From Chrysomallon squamiferum (lineage: Eukaryota; Animalia; Mollusca): DNA of 64,000 nucleotides. Made by a program: the position numbers and the translations under genes. Each line of letters begins with the position of its first letter. Position 1 is the first letter of the stretch. Below, one piece after another: positions 31,284 through 45,156 of the stretch. The notes beneath the pieces are model-generated. The model was given only the letters and a program-made list of their open reading frames with translations, was not told where the DNA came from and made no database searches. The stretch covers positions 31,434,001 through 31,498,000 of the forward strand of contig CM022672.1 in NCBI GenBank assembly GCA_012295275.1, given 5' to 3'.

Positions 31284-31877
31284 AGCGGCTGCCACTGTGA
31301 ATAATATTTATTTCATACAACATATATAATTATATAAATATGAATTATGTGATATATATATATATATATATATATTCTGAAAGGTGAACCAAAATGATAA
31401 ATAATTCTATGTACATTCTATCTATTTTCTTTGAATTTCACTAAAAAAAAGCTATGAAGTTTCGTTCTAATACTAAATAAATAAACATACACACAAACAC
31501 AACACATACCAACACCACATACACGCACACACACACATATTTATATAGAGAGAAAGATAAAAAGAAAATAGACTAAATTAAAATACAACACACAGACACA
31601 GACACTGAGAAAGAGAAAAATAATACACATATAAAAAAAAAATAATAATAAACATACAAAATCCAGTTTAGCATAATGTAATAAGAAACACACATGATCT
31701 AGACATACATACATGATGTAATATTTGAGTAACGTGCGTAGATTTTACAATTAAAATATTTAATAAAAAGTGTTCATATATCACAATAGCAGAAAGAAGT
31801 AATAAAATAATAGGGATTAAATTACCACCCACGCAAAACCACATAGTTTCATTCCTATTTTATTTCTCTTTCTCTTT

Positions 31878-31919
<42 letters not shown>

Positions 31920-32343
31920 TTCAAAAAGAAATAAAATAGGAATGAAAAACAATAATAATAACACACTTAGATATTGTTAATATGGAATGGAAATACGCGA
32001 TGAAGTAACAGTTTCATAGAGACAAGATAAAAATCTTTCGACTCTTGATTTGTATGTAAAATGTTCTCATTGTTGAAAACTTCGAACTGGAAATAACGAT
32101 ATGGGTTCTGATGTGAGCTTTTTTAATCATTAGTTATTTTCAAAGATGTTTTCAACAAATCTTTTTAACTATACAACACGCCAGCACTGTGTTCTATAAC
32201 CGACTGAGATTCACGGACAGTTCGTGCTTCTCAAGATCAAAAATCAGTTTTTCATTGTAATCATAAAACAGTTTGACCTTTTCAAGATGGTAGTTTACTG
32301 TCAAGTGAATTCTTAAACCAGTAATTTACGATTCCGTAAAAAC

Positions 32344-32391
<48 letters not shown>

Positions 32392-32805
32392 TATTATTAT
32401 CGTTATCATTATTATTATTATTATTATTTGTTTTTCATCACATCGACAGTTCGCATATCTAACTTAAAAAACTGATTATACATTAGTGTTAATTTCTTCC
32501 AGTATTGCAATTCTGATATAATGCACATGCAAACGCGCGCCACGCACGCAAAAACACACATACACATAAACACAGAAATGCATGCATACAAAAATACAAC
32601 AGACATACATATAGATATAGACCGACAGTCAGAGAACGACATGTGTTTGAATGTGTATTCTGTTAGGATGTCTCTATCTGTATAAAAATCAATCTCACTA
32701 TACTATATAAAAAAAATATAATAATAAAATAAAAATAAATATGTGTCGAAATATTTTAAATTATTTTCAAAGATATCGTATTTATCATATCTTTTCCTAA
32801 TTTTT

Positions 32806-32871
<66 letters not shown>

Positions 32872-34055
32872 ATACTCGGTTTTTTTAATTATTATTTTTA
32901 TGTTTGATTTCATGCTGTTAGAAGGGAAAACAATCTCCTGATCACTTTCTAAACTTCTCCAACTTGCTTTTCTAATTCCTGCCATCACATCTGCTCGCGC
33001 ATACAATGTCTGTGATATATGGCTCGTGATCACGTGCTAGGTCTCGTGCTATCCCACTGAACATAGCGCCAGGCACGTTCTACAAACACGGCATGGTACT
33101 GTGGAATTGTTCTGTCTGAATTCTTTTATTGCTAGACCAGGACAACCATCTGGAGTAGGATAACATGGAATTTCGTGGATATAACTTTCTCTGATTTTAC
33201 TTCAGGCATCAAAAAAAAAAAATAAAATAAAATAAAAAAAAAAAAAAAAAAAAAAAAAGCCGTTAATAAAATAAATCATAAATGTCCGCCATAGGCAGCC
33301 CGCAGATATCGACTTACTTTCTAATTTATTTTTGGATCGCCGGCCCCTAATTATAACAATAAATTTCGTTTTGTACAAACATCATTTGTATCTTGAATAG
33401 ATAGATATGAAAGGTTTTTCGAAAGCAAGCTAGAAGTAACATTAACACTTAAGTATTATTTAAAATATCTTTTAACGCATACATACAGAAATCGAGAAAA
33501 GTAGAGCTGTTTTACAGTGTTATATTTTCTTATTTTAGTTTATTATACAGAGATGTCAAAAAATAGCTTTTTTTTCTTTTTGGTTTCTATTATTATTATT
33601 GGTTTTGTTGTAGTCGTTGTGGTTGTGGTTATTGTTTCTCCACAAACAAACTTAGTTTTTCACCCACTGTAACAAATTTTACTTGAGCTATAGACTATAA
33701 TTAGATATAAAAACACTTGAAGATCGGCGTATACTATTTGAAATCATTAAACACCATAAATAAAATGAAAAAAAAATATATATAAAAAAAAGACAAAGAA
33801 AGATAAATGAAAATAAAAACGAAAAAACAAACAAAGACAAAATAAATAAACAAACAAACAAACAAAATCAAAATAAAACAAACGAACAAATAAATAAATA
33901 ATAAACAAATAAATAAATAAATAAATAAATAAAATAAACTAAAATAAACTATAAAAAATCAGTAGGATAAACCTACTGAGGAAAGTTATTTACGCAGTCG
34001 TGAATTCACACAATAAAAAATAAGTAACTAGAAACATTTCAGAGTCAACAAAGAG

Positions 34056-34086
<31 letters not shown>

Positions 34087-34648
34087 AGAAAGTTCAAGTT
34101 TCACCTGTAACAGTGTGAAGTTACAGCTATCACGTTTTAATTCGTGTTCGTTACGTCAGAGGATTCCTGCTTCCCACCTGCGTCTCAGTTTGCCACGAAA
34201 CACGTGGTGCACGCGACTCCGCGAGATTAGGTGTCAAACAGAAACCAGCAGACGTCGCGCGCGCCCCTGCTCTCGTCTGTCGTATCAGTGAAATGTCACC
34301 TTCCACGAATCGATCCTAAAGCGGAGGCGTTACTCTTCACACCAAACAAGCAAAACCCTCCCAAAAAATTAACACAACAAAATTAAATAAAATAAAAGAA
34401 ATTTGACATTAATGAGAGACACCTAAATTTAATCAGACACAACACTGCAATATGAGGTCTATTAGTAATTTGACTACAAATATTATATTGGAATAATATC
34501 TAAATTGAATTTTAAGGTGAAAATCATGAAAGGCCGTTAAATTCGTGTCAGAATTATACACAGATACAACCCTGCTAAATGACGCCATTCAGTCATTTAT
34601 ACGTTTTTATAAGGTATTAAAAAGATTAAGAAAATTCACATGTACACA

Positions 34649-34711
<63 letters not shown>

Positions 34712-35865
34712 ACAACGTTTGACTACGTATCATAACACGAACATAACAAGTTAATTTATTGATAATGTCGCACACACTCACGATTCAAGTACAAAAACAT
34801 TTAGTTGTTGACATGTACTGTTGTAAACGCAGCGACGCGTCACACAATGAATATTAAAACTAAATGAACGACCTCCGCTGAAAGCAGCTCAAAAACACCG
34901 TTCTCTTGTATCAAGGCGTTTCCCGTATCCTCGCCTTTTCAAAAACAAACGACGAAAAAAAGCTTTCGTTGTGTGTTTGGGAGAGTCGGCTGGTAAATAT
35001 AGTAAATCACGTTCATAATGAGTATGCTAACATGTTCTGAGCAGCCTTTCAGCGCTGCTACAATTGATTTTGATTAAAATATGTATCTTGGAGAAATCGC
35101 TCATTAATTTTTCACCGCTGCTCTTCTGCGTGTTCGGTTCGGAAATAAAAACTCGCCGCGATCGCGTGCATTTATCATTTTGATTGCGTTCTGCACGAGC
35201 AAGTGTTTATAAACTGGGATCCGTCAGCCGGCTGCAAATTTGTACGCGCGCGTATTAATATCTGAGTAAACTGTACGCACGGATAGAGCTGTGAATAGAC
35301 TTTTTTAAATATTTATACTGCTTGTGTTAGATAGAGTATGATGCAATTGTCCACTTCTTTCTCAGATGAGTGCCTCGGTTGATGTACTCTCAGGATACAG
35401 ATGTTAAATGATGATACAAAAAATAACAACAAAAAAAACAACAAAAATACAACATTGTCTTTCTTACTAGGTTTCCTTCAGCTGCGGATTAATTAAATTT
35501 TAAAAATTAAAATCTTTAAATATGTAATTTCAAAAAAAAAAAAAAAAAAAATGTTGGTTTGAAAAAAACGCGAACCTTATATTTTATTTTTTATTTCATT
35601 TACTTTTTTTTTTTTTTATGGAATTTTTAGAAATTTGTTTTTTTTATTGCATTAAACTTTTTTTTTTTGTTTTTTGATGGAATTTTAAAATATATATATG
35701 AGTTTAATTTTATTGGACAATAATTCATGGTGTTTTTTATATATATTATATATGAATTTGTAAAAAACGAAAACGAAAAAAATAATGTAGTTTATACCAA
35801 TATAAATTCTAAAGTTTGATTTAAATTATTATTTCATAAATATGTGGCATGTACGTAATGTAAAG

Positions 35866-35965
<100 letters not shown>

Positions 35966-36332
35966 TTCTGTCTATTTAAAGAAGACTGTTGTCTGTGTTT
36001 ATTTCGATGACAAATCGGAGTTTTCACTCGCGGCCCAGATTCTGATTTTAATTTATGTATTCCTACCCGCCAGGAAAATTACTGCGACAGCCTCGCGTGG
36101 ATAGATTAATTTCAGCGATCATTTTTTTTTTTTTTTTCTTCTTCTTTATGTCAGCCTGGGGGGGATGTGTACATTGTCACTAAACCTACCTGCGCGCGCC
36201 TGACAAAGAGACAAAGTCACGTGATGATTTAAGTTTTGGGCTGTCAGTGGTGGCTTTTGACAGATTGCCACGGTCCAGGGATCAAATAGTCTTTGTTAAT
36301 AGAATCCCATATGTGCAGGATTTGTTAGCGAC

Positions 36333-36379
<47 letters not shown>

Positions 36380-36618
36380 ATAAAAGAAAACAAATAATAT
36401 TACTAAATAACGTATAGTAACAACTGTGATGAATTGCTTGTCTGGGAACAAAGGAAAACAGGTAGACACTGAATGAGAAGGCATATTTTATAATGAAAAA
36501 TACTATATTTATCAATCATTAATCATCTCTTTCTCTCTGTCTTTCTCTGTCTCAGATAATAATTCTCTCGATTACGTTCTGTCCATTTCTGTTTCTAGAT
36601 ATGTACCAACGTGTGTAG

Positions 36619-36661
<43 letters not shown>

Positions 36662-36706
36662 GAGATGCACAAACACAAAACAAAAAACGAAATTCCAACC
36701 CATCCA

Positions 36707-36809
<103 letters not shown>

Positions 36810-37568
36810 ATTTCTGGGTGTCCTCTATTCAGTCACACCTGTACCGAATAGATAAACAAAAAATTAAAAAAGCTTATTGACTCGTTAAAGGAATAAATAC
36901 GTAGATAAGCGGCTAGATTATTTTGTGTAAATGTTTTCAATAGTGGAAACTACCACTGGCTGTAGACTTATCTTCAGTCGCGCAGGCTAACGCAGTCCTA
37001 CTTGCTACAAAATAGGATTAGGATAATTATAGGACGCCTGCCATGTTAAAACCTTAAGCGGATCACGCAAGAGACTGAATCATGTAAAAAGGAAAAAGAA
37101 AAAAAAAAAAAGAGATAGAGAGTAAGCGAAAAAAATAATGTGGAAATCAATAGTCTTTGCTAGATGTAAGACTGGGAAATATAAATTTCATCAATTCCCA
37201 CGATAACAGTTCAACATGAAATTGAGACTTTTAAATTACGTAGAAAGAAAGAAAAAAACAACAACACCAACACCAAACAAAATTAATAAAGAAATAGAAA
37301 TAATAACTAACTAAAAAAAAACACCAAAAAAAAAAAAAAAAAAAAAAAAAAAACATTCCGGTATGATTAAAACATTGATAAATCACATTATTAATACTTC
37401 TTCTAATAATTATCACCAACCACCAACAACCATCATTATCACAACATTATTATCATCATTTTTAGATCCTCCTAAAATCATCACAATCATCATCATCATC
37501 ATAATTTTTTATAATCATAATCATTAATATTATTAACATCGCTATCATTATCATCATCATTATTATTA

Positions 37569-37605
<37 letters not shown>

Positions 37606-37643
37606 GCAGAAGCAACACTATCGTCTTTATTGTTTTTTTGTTG

Positions 37644-37674
<31 letters not shown>

Positions 37675-37786
37675 GATCATTATTATATTATTATTATTAT
37701 TATTATTATTGTTATTGTTATTATTATTATTGTTATTATTATTATTATTATTGTTATTGTTATTGTTATTGTTATTGTTATGACAG

Positions 37787-37998
37787 GCGGTTCGGTACTA
37801 AATGCGCTGGTTGTGAGAAAGGGATCCCGCCCACGGAGGTGGTACGTCGTGCACAGGACAACGTCTACCACCTCGACTGTTTCGCCTGTCTGATGTGTGC
37901 ACGGCAGCTGAACACGGGAGACGAATTCTATTTAATGGAAGACCGGAAGTTAGTCTGTAAAAACGATTACGAAGCGGCAAAAGCCAGAGGAACTTCAG
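37787..37998 (+). CDS. Lhx3/4: Lhx3/4 exon 3, LIM domain 2 ([70 protein letters not shown])
   Basis: Diagnostic Lhx3/4 LIM2 sequence. Acceptor tgacag|G completes AAG; donor TCAG|gtattg is phase 1. Confidence 0.96.
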
Positions 37999-39071
37999 GT
38001 ATTGTTGTAACAGCCGTAGTAGTAGTAGTAGTAGTATAGTAGTAGTAGTAGTAGTAGTAGTATAGTAGTAGTAGTAGTAGTAGTAGTAGTATAGTAGTAG
38101 TAGTAGTAGTAGTAGTAGTATAGTAGTAGTAGTAGTAGTAGTAGTAATTGTAGAAGTAGCAATGGTAGGTGGTAGTAGTAAATAGTAGGTATTTGCAGTA
38201 ATAGTAGTATTACTAGTAATAGTATTAGTGGTAGCATACTAGAAGTAATAGTAGTAATAGTAGTGTTAGTAATAGTAGTATTAGAGGTAGCACACAACAG
38301 AAGTAATAGTAGTGTTAATAGTAATAGTAGTAGAAGAAATAGAAGCAGAAGTAGTAGTGCTAGTAGTAAACGTTCTGGTAGTTGCTGTTCTAGTAGTAAT
38401 ATTGTAGTCGTGGTAGTAGAATTAACAGCAGTAGTCGGAGGCAGACTAAACAGAAGTTTGAATAATTATGCGGCCCTTCGCAAGCAGAAACAAGGTATAT
38501 GTGACTACTTACCTTCTTGTATAGCAATGTTCCACAGACCATCTCAGATTTTGATTAAAATTCTGAAGAAATTTGGACTAAAGTCGCTTCTAGTGCCCTT
38601 CTGGGACTCTGTAACTTAAGCTTCGTTAGTTTCGTAACAGATCAGCACCTGATGGTAATAACAGAAGAGCGCTAATAGTAGTAGTATTGGCATATTAAAT
38701 TTTTATAGTAGCTGTAGTAATAAAAGCAAGTAATAGCAGGAGTATTAATAATTGTAGTAACAAGACGATGACAATGTGAAATTACGATAATGAAAAAAAC
38801 AGTAACCAGAGAATATCGATAAGAGCAACAATAGCAATACTAAAAATAGTTGAAGTTGTAGTAGCAATTGAGGTAGTAGCAGCAGTAGTAGTAGTATTAG
38901 TAGTAGTAGCAATAGCAATAGCAGCATCAACAGCAACAGAGGTGCTAGCAGTAGTAAAGGTGGTAATAGTGGTACGTGTGGTTTGTAGTATTGGTGATTG
39001 TAGTGTTTATTAAAGTAGACGTACTTCTTTACGAGGATGTATTTAAACAAACGTGTTTGTTACGTTTGCAG

Positions 39072-39395
39072 ATTACGACATGGATCCGTCTAACAAGCGA
39101 CCGCGCACGACGATAACAGCGAAACAACTGGAGGCTCTGAAACGTGCGTACAACGAGAGTCCGAAACCGGCGCGTCACGTCCGCGAGCAGCTGTCCGCGG
39201 AGACCGGACTGGACATGCGCGTCGTGCAGGTGTGGTTCCAGAACAGACGCGCGAAAGAGAAGCGGCTGAAGAAGGACGCGGGGCGCAACCGCTGGAACCC
39301 GTACTTCAGACAGATCAAGCGAGAGGGCGACCAGGACAGTTCTCAGAGCGGGGACGAGAGGTCCGACGACGGACTCACGGACGGATCGTTTCAAG
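39072..39395 (+). CDS. Lhx3/4: Lhx3/4 exon 4, complete homeodomain ([67 protein letters not shown]...)
   Basis: Lhx3/4-class homeodomain followed by KKDAGRxRW. Acceptor tttgcag, donor CAAG|gtgtgc, phase 1 to 1. Confidence 0.98.
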
Positions 39396-39411
39396 GTGTG
39401 CTGATTTTTTT

Positions 39412-39518
<107 letters not shown>

Positions 39519-39842
39519 TAAAAACCAATAAATTAATGAATCTTGGAAAGCCTCGCCACAGTTTAATAATTTCATGCATACACAATGAAGCTGGTAAATG
39601 TGTGTATATGCGTGTGAGTGAGTGAGTGCACTGTTTCATATTATATAACATTCTGTTAGGCTGTCCCACGTTCGAATGTCACAGTCGGCATCGCGTGTGG
39701 CGTATTGTGTGACGCGCTCTGTTGTGTTGTGGTGCGGTAAGGTATGAAACAATGACACGTGTCTGGGTGTGACTCGGTGCGGTATTGCATGGTGCGATAG
39801 GGTTGAGTAATTAATGTGAGGTGCAGTGTGGGATGGTATGAT

Positions 39843-40155
39843 GTTATTTAGTAATTAATACACTAGTAGTACGATGTGACGTAATTTAGTAATTAATATA
39901 CTAGTAGTACGATGTGACGTAATTTAGTAATTAATATACTAGTAGTACGATGTGACGTAATTTGGTAATTAATATACTGGTAGTACGATGTGACGTAATT
40001 TGGTAATTAATATACTAGTAGTACGATGTGACGTAATTTGGTAATTAATATACTGGTGGTACGATGTGACGTAATTTAGTAATTAATATACTAGTGGTAC
40101 GATGTGACGTAATTTAATAATTAATATACTAGTGGTACGATGTGACGTAATTTGG
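39843..40155. repeat. 38-bp minisatellite, 8 full copies + partial (gtaatttagtaattaatatactagtagtacgatgtgac) in the last Lhx3/4 intron
   Basis: Units start at 39843, 39881, 39919, 39957, 39995, 40033, 40071, 40109, with a partial unit at 40147. Confidence 0.95.
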
Positions 40156-40184
40156 TTTAGTATATCGTAATTAAATAATTTCAG

Positions 40185-40543
40185 GGAGTCTAGATGACCT
40201 GGACGGGCCGGTCCACCCAGGCAGAATGTCCAGCGACATGTACGGACCCGGTCAAGTTTTAGACCACGAGCCGCCGATCGGGCCCATGCCCGTGGGCTCG
40301 TCCGCGTCTCCACCCATAGACTCGTGGGGCCACTTCAACAACGGACTCGCCCCCGGGGGTCAGTTCATGGGTCGACATTCGCCAAATGTTCCCGCGTCCC
40401 ACCCGCAGATGCTGTCGCTGGAGCCGCTGCCGATGGGCAACCCGCACGTTTCTCGGATGCTTCCACAAGACATGAACGACAGTTCTTCAGGATTCATAGA
40501 CTACCCACCCGTGTCAAATCACAACCATGTCGAAGTGTACTGA
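40185..40543 (+). CDS. Lhx3/4: Lhx3/4 terminal coding exon, Pro/Ser/Met-rich C-terminus ending ...NHNHVEVY*
   Basis: Acceptor atttcag|GG is phase 1; GC-rich codons stay open to TGA at 40541-40543. The spliced CDS is 1179 nt with exon 1a. Confidence 0.88.
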
Positions 40544-41221
40544 GCCAGTCGAGTTCGCCTCGCGGCAGACCGGACGCTCAGACAGATAGACAGACAGACA
40601 CACAGACACACAGACAGATACTCCCTTGTTGTGACCAAGAAAATACTCGTAGAAGACATTTGATGTTTTGGTCGTGAAACTGATTTAAGAATGCGGCGTG
40701 CACGCCAGTGCTGATGAATTTCCGTAAGTAACACAGTGTACTGAACGTCACGTGACACTTGAACTGGCATAAACGATGGAGATAGAGAGAGAGAAATAGA
40801 GAGACCGTTAGACAAATGAAGATCTTTAACTATAGCATTCACAATGTCGACCATCGTACTAACCAAACCTTAATGTAAATTTTAACCCGTCTACAGTGTT
40901 GAAATAACAAGAAAACCCCCCAAGCAAATATCAGCATATTTGTAAAAGAGGTTACTTCATCGTTGAAGACAGATGTACGTATGTTCAAATAGTATTGCAA
41001 ACCACAACGACGACATTTACAACATAGTGAGCAGCATGTGAGAATTAACGGTCATAAGGAAAAGAAACTCAGAAAGCATTTGTACTGATGTATATATATA
41101 ATTATGTGTACTGTGACACACAGGTACTAGACATAACATACAAAATGTTATTGTACATATATATGTACTAATATGTGTAATATGTAATTACGTATCAGCT
41201 ATCTTGAATACTTTCCAGGTA

Positions 41222-42228
41222 AATAAAATATTTTTAGTCACCAGGTTAAATTCTCCACATACGCATGTGACTGTGCTAAATTGTGGCTCACAATAAATTG
41301 CCTAAATGTATTTTTATTTTACGTGCTAAATGAAAAACAAAAAAAACAAAAAATCAGGAAAAAAAAAAATGAAGAGGAATCGCCATGTTGTATTGATAGT
41401 TTATTATTAATAAACTTTGATATGAAAAACCAGAAAAAAAAAAAAAGAAGAAGAAATTAAATTTTATTACAATTATAGGTTTGAGTCCCCAGAGGTACAT
41501 TTTAACTAGATATAAAAACGTCATGATATACTTCATTACTGATCAAATTGGAGATCGTAAAAAACTGCTTGAAAAGTAAATAAAATATATTTAGGCTATT
41601 TGACTGAAACAGCGCCTGGAATATAAAATAAAGACCTTTTTTTTTTTTTTTTTTTTTTTTTTTGTATAGTGAGCACGATAATGATCTCTTTTTGTTCTGT
41701 GAAATATCATGTTCAAGTACGACTAACATGGTTCAACTAGTCATTTTAAACTCATTTTAATATACTAGTCATAGATGTTTACGCCTGATTTATAATTTAA
41801 GAAACTGTTTCAAGCAGCCTAACTACAAAAACAAAAGCACAATTCAGTGTCACGAATTTACTACTTATTTGTTTATTTTATTTATTTCTGACGTTGTTAT
41901 TGTTGTTTTAATTTTGCTTCAGTCGAAGGTTTTGTTCAATGAATCTGTCTTTCTTTGATATCGGTGTTTTATGTTGGTGCATGTGAACTGTATTCAGTTA
42001 TCACTCTTTCTCAAAGCTCTGCAGTTCAAAAACTAGTAGTTTTAATCCTAATCTTCCAACTTTTTAATTTGATCTCCTCAGACATATTTCAAACGCAACC
42101 AGGCTCTAGTCTAAATGTCCTTACGTTCATTCATTTACATATCTTACAAAGATTGATTTATTTATCTTACTAACTGTATTGAATAGGATAGCTATACTCG
42201 CCATTGTTTTGAATACCACGAAATGAGT

Positions 42229-42304
<76 letters not shown>

Positions 42305-42747
42305 CGGAGTTTTGGTATTATTTAAACTGTTTTACAAGTTTCCCATTTATAGTTTATTTTATTCTATGTGTTCTATAAATTTGTATATTATACCAAGACA
42401 TATTTATATCATTTAATATTATTTTTATTTTTATTTTCTTTATTTCTTTATTTGTCTGGATAGTTTATTATTTGATGATGATCATCATCCTAATAAACAT
42501 TATCATCGTCGTCGTCGTCGTGTTTATTATTATGGTGATGATGATAATGATGATGATGATGATGAAGATCTTGAAAATTAAATTGGGTTTTGTGCAATGA
42601 ATTATTAATGAAGTCATAAATAATATTTACTGTCATTTTTACTTTATGTTATTTACAAAGGTTTTATTTGTATTTAGTTTACCGTTGTTTTGTTTTTTCT
42701 GCAATTTTGTTTTGGTACCATACCGTAATGTGCAATATGTGAATAAA
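41222..42747 (+). terminator. Candidate Lhx3/4 polyadenylation signals AATAAA at 41222, 41292 and 42742
   Basis: Hexamers downstream of the stop codon. Usage is unknown, and such hexamers are common in AT-rich DNA. Confidence 0.35.
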
Positions 42748-43529
42748 ACATTCCATATAAATATGTGATTTATTCTTTGTCGTTGTCGTAGTCGTGGAAG
42801 CAGAAAATTGTATTAGGAAAGACGTTTTAACGACAGCAGAAGCTCGGCATTAGTAATAACAGCAATAATAGTCGTAGTAGCAGCAGCCGCAGTAGTAGAA
42901 GTAGTAGTTGTACCAGCAGCAGTTGTGTTGAAATCTTTAACTCATATTAGCATCGATGGTTGTAAAAGCGTTAGCGATAATAATAATTGTACCTAACACA
43001 TTATGATGTAGTAGTGGTAGTTGCGGTAACAGTAGCAGCAGTAACAAAAGTAGAAGCTGTAGTATTAATAGCAGAAGTCGTAGTAGTAGTTGTAGAACAA
43101 GTAATAACATTGCAGTACAGTTGTTGTAGTAGTAGCAGTAGCAGTATTTTTGAAAGATGGATAAATCCTCTTCACGCTGTACTGAAATATTTCCTAATAA
43201 ACAGAGCGCGAAATTAATAATAATAATTAATTAAGCAACATCAAATTTTGCTGTACTCTGTAATGGAAACAATATTTTAAAAGCTCAGAGACCATCTGGC
43301 AGGCTGGTCGAGGTTTTTGTGTTTAACCGAGTCACGCAGGGAATTAATGATGCAGAGAGAATGATTTTTTGTGGAGATGACAATAAGATATATTGAGAAC
43401 TAAAAACCGTCGACATATGTAACGCAGAGGGTCGCTAGGGGAGGTGTGTCCATCTCGTTTACCGCACAGCGGATCTGAAAGCGATGTCGTAGTTTAGACA
43501 GAAGTCCTCTGTGAAGAAAACAAACAACA

Positions 43530-44060
43530 ACAACGTTTATCTGAGTTTAAACAGACATTCGCTAGTTTGAAGATTTTATTTTCAGGTTAAAGATTTCACT
43601 GTTTTGAAGACTGTGTATGTCAAGTTAAAAATATCACTATTTCAAAAATTTTATCTGAGTTAAAAAATTCCACTATTTTGAAAAATTTACCTCAGTATAA
43701 AATTTGACTATTTTGAAAATTTTATCCTAGTTTAAAAATTTCGTACTTTGAAAACTTTATCTGAGTTTTAAAAATTTCACTATTTTGAAACATTTATCTC
43801 AGTTTAAATATTTTTCTATTTTAAAAACTTTATCTCAGTTTTAAAAATTTCACTAATTTGAAAACTTTATTTCTGTTTAAACATTTCACTATTTTAAAAA
43901 CTTTATCTTAGTTTAAAAATTTCGCTATTTTAAAAACTTTATCTCAGTTTTAAAAATTTCACTATTTTAAAAACTATATCTCAGTTTTAAAAATTTCACT
44001 ATTTTAAAAACTTTCTCTCAGTTTAAAAATTTCGCTATTTTGAAAACTTTATCTTACTGT
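43530..44060. repeat. 36-37-bp minisatellite (ttttaaaaactttatctcagttttaaaaatttcacta), degenerate at its left end
   Basis: About 14 tandem units visible. Confidence 0.85.
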
Positions 44061-44273
44061 AATGATTGAAATAAATTTGTCAAAATAGGCTATACTGACC
44101 ATATTGCTTGAAATTCGGAAAAAGTAGGTTCCACGTCTAAAATTGGATAATGGTAACATTTCCATCAAGAACTAACTTAATCTGGATTCTTGTAAAATGC
44201 AAACAGAACATTTCATGTACAACCGTTCTTCACAGTTCATACAGCGAGCACTTTACCATCAGATGTTTCTAGT

Positions 44274-44304
<31 letters not shown>

Positions 44305-44821
44305 CTTACTTACTTACTTACTTAATTACATTTTTACGTATTTATCTATTTGTTGGTTTGTTTATTTGTTGTTCTTTTCGGAGTTTTATTTGTTTGTTTG
44401 TTTGTTTATTTCTTTATCTACTTTTTTTTAATGATTTATTTAAAGGAACATTGCAACAATACGCCAGACGCTCTCATATTAAATGAACATCGATAACAAA
44501 ATAAAGAAGAATATTCATTCACAGTTAATAAAATATTATTAAAAAGAAACTCAATAGATTTATTACTGCCCCCACAGTTTAAAAATAACAGCCAGTCAGT
44601 TGTCAAAACGTTCTTCTGAATGCCATGCGTAACAGAAGCCTTTTAAATTAAATAAAATTCACGTTTTGTATAACTCATAAAGTATTATTTTAGTTCTGTC
44701 CATAAATTCGCTGAAAAAAGCCAATGCGTCTTAGGTATAGAATGAACAGTGCGAGAACTTCAAGGCAATTTCTTTACTGTCACCTAGAATAAAATAAGGA
44801 AATTCTTATGTTAACGTTAGC

Positions 44822-44887
<66 letters not shown>

Positions 44888-45104
44888 GTTTTTTAAAGAT
44901 TACAAAAAAAAAAAAAATAAAATAAAATAATAAAATAAATAAATTAATAAATAATTTAAAAAAAAAAACTAATTAAAGGGAGATAAAGCATGAGTTAAAT
45001 AATATTCTGCTGACACGAGTAGCTTCTCCTTAACACAAAAATAACCTGTATTAAAAAATAAATAAATAAATAAAATCAGTTATTACAATTCTCCTTCTTT
45101 TTCT

Positions 45105-45156
<52 letters not shown>

